DNA of 64,000 nt, from NCBI GenBank assembly GCA_965649765.1, contig OZ287758.1, forward strand, positions 56,172,001 through 56,236,000, given 5' to 3'. Numbering within the stretch: the first letter of the stretch is position 1; each line of letters starts with the position of its first letter. The notes beneath the pieces are model-generated. The model was not told the DNA's origin and searched no databases. It saw only the letters and a program-made list of their open reading frames with translations. The position numbers and the translations under genes are program-made. Shown here piece by piece: positions 61,701-64,000 of this stretch. Source of the DNA: Bispira polyomma. Its lineage: Eukaryota.

Positions 61701-63329
61701 CTGTTGGTTGTGTTACAGTCACAGGAGCAAGCACGGTAGCAATTACCGGTTGCTTTCAAGTTGTAACAGAAAAAGACAAAAAGTTTCACTTAACAAATTT
61801 ATTTAACAATAAAAATAACAATTGCAGGCAACTGAGATACTCAAAATAGTTTATACAATAATACAACAATAATGAAACCAATCTGACCTGACTACAGTCC
61901 TGTCCCTATAACTAACATTTAAACAAGTTTGTCCACTGTATCCTGTAAACTCTCTTGAGATCCGTTTGGTGTCCACTAACACACAATGCCTGTATTCTGT
62001 TATCCGTTTGGTGTCCACGAACACAAAATGTATATATCCAAAGAGTCTGCACAACTAAGCTCTCCAGTCCGTGATGCAAACAATATCCAATATATAGCAG
62101 TTCCACTCTCCTTAACTCCAGTTATATCCAGTTCACTCCAATGAGTTCACCAGAAAATGTATATAATAACCAGTTTATATCCACTTGACACAGAAATAAA
62201 GTGGTTCACAATATAGCAGTTCACATAGCATACCAACTCAATAAACTCTAGTCTATGGCCAAGTCTTCAACCCTTATATGTACTAGAGATATAGAAGGCT
62301 CTAGAGTACCTAAACAATAGTTACTAGAAGACTCCGGAATTAAATGTAAACAGGGCAACAAAACTCCAATAAAAATAGTACACAGAACCAGCTTCTAGAA
62401 GCTTAGGGGTTTCCTCAAATCTATAAATGGCTTACTCTAGCAGAGTGTAAGAAACATCAGTATTAACTAGACTAGTTCTCCACTGACATACAACAATGTT
62501 CTTATATGTAACAGTTGAGTCCCACGTGGCCAAAATTCACAAAACAACGCCCAGCTTGAATCCAGCAGGCAGGGGGCACGATACCATGTCCTCCCTCTCG
62601 GCAGCCTGGCTTCCAGCCTGGCCGCCATCTCGTTTAACAGTTTGGCATCCATTTTAATTTAGTTTCTAAATCCCTGGGCATCATTCTCGGCCAGGTCGTG
62701 CAGTAATGCCGTGTAATGGCCGTAGGCCTCTCTCTCACAGACCCAACTCTTCTCCCAAACCTCTGGTCTCCTTTTCCGTCGTTTCATGGGTCCCCTGGCC
62801 CCGGCCCCAGGCTGATGGGCAGCCCTGGCTCCCGCCCTTCTAGCTCTCTGCTGCAGCATCACTCTGAACATGTCTATCATCATGCCAACAAAGGTCATGA
62901 ATGTCCACGCAATCATCATCACTTTATCTGGTGGCATATCTACTCAATCCTCTACTTAATTCTGTACTCAATTAATAATTATCAATGTGCTCTTTGGGGA
63001 AAAAATTCTCAAGTGTCTGGATCATGTGTCTTGTGACCTTTACAATCGAGATGGCCAGTACGGGTGATCTTTACAACCCGGGAGAGGAGATGGTTAATCC
63101 AGTTATCACTCACCTGGGCCCCTGTTAAACGTGGCAATCATACTGGAATCGTTGTGTCCCTAAAGATCATAGGGAGTGTAGCTCCGGAGAATCAGGATCA
63201 TTTTTAACAATTTAAAGTATTTCCTGTCCTAGATCATAATCCGCGTATCACGGCAGGTGGTCTAGAGGATTCAGCAGGGTGCCACTAGGATCGTAAAAAT
63301 CAGGGCTGCTCCTGATAGATCTTCACAGT
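58743..63329. mobile_element. Harbinger element, unit 3 copy, containing the solo LTR at 61711-62513
   Basis: Same TIRs, transposase fragments, LTR ends and GTTG TSD. Confidence 0.88.
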
Positions 63330-64000
63330 GGAACAGCGCCATAACAAACAACCATGCAGTAAGCAAACAGTCCAGTGGTAAACAAATAAGTGAAAGCAAA
63401 AGGTCAAGAGGTCGTACTGGTAAAAACTCATACGTAAAGTCAACAATAACAAGCATAAACACTTAAATCCTTTTTGTGCATATTTCATAACTATAACTTA
63501 ATATTAGTAGGGTTATAATAGCATTTAACATTTACCTAACCAATGGAATATTAGCAAACTAATAAACATCAAAGTGAAAGTTTATAAAAAAATATGTCTT
63601 GTACCATAACAATCGACATCACTCAAGGCATTATACTATACCCTATTGTATTTTTGATTACAATAGATTGGGTTATGAAAAAAACAGTTGCAGAAGCAGA
63701 GAGGAATACAATGGGAACTTTTCAACCAACTAGAAAACCTCGATTTCCCTAAAGAAATCGCCTTGGCCAGCTTTGCACATCAACACCTCCAAGGTAGGGG
63801 TGATAAAACAGATAAAATTGAAGAAATGAACATATAATCAGAAACAACTACAGGATTAAAAATTGAGGGGAAAGTTCTCAACAACACCAACAAATTCACA
63901 AATCTTTTAAAGATTATGGTTCCGAAGATAACATTCGATCAAGACTAAACAAAACCAGTACTGCCTTCGGTAGTTTAACAATAAGTATAATTTCAGAACC

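Larger units (their letters stand above)
52449..64000. repeat. Tandem segmental duplication, unit 3 (partial, runs off the window)
   Basis: Nearly identical to unit 2 at offset 19242, with only a handful of substitutions seen. Confidence 0.97.

Overview
AT-rich eukaryotic genomic DNA from an invertebrate; the TE repertoire looks lophotrochozoan or mollusc-like, which is an inference. No prokaryotic features are present. (1) 1-12.7 kb holds the 3' end of a + strand ankyrin-repeat host gene: five candidate exons and a long putative 3' UTR. Its introns are filled with minisatellites, several seeded exactly on exon/intron junctions, plus a tRNA-derived SINE with a 13-bp TSD and a nearly intact 3.14-kb hAT/BED transposon (TIRs, 8-bp TSD, one intron, one nonsense codon, one frameshift). 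(2) From ~13.76 kb to the end is a head-to-tail tandem array of a ~19.2-19.5 kb unit (2 complete copies and 1 partial copy) whose junctions are G-tracts. The only recognisable content of the unit is decayed TEs: an L1/Tx1 fragment, a 3'-truncated Gypsy with a 154-bp LTR, SINEs, an RTE LINE split by a Harbinger element that is itself split by a solo LTR, Tc1/mariner-type MITEs, a second L1/Tx1 on the minus strand, and a Penelope-like fragment. The most unusual coding signal is the putative ORF1 of the minus-strand L1/Tx1 remnant, which appears to carry a C-terminal IMPACT/YigZ (UPF0029)-like domain. Divergence between units points to an older duplication followed by a recent unequal crossover.
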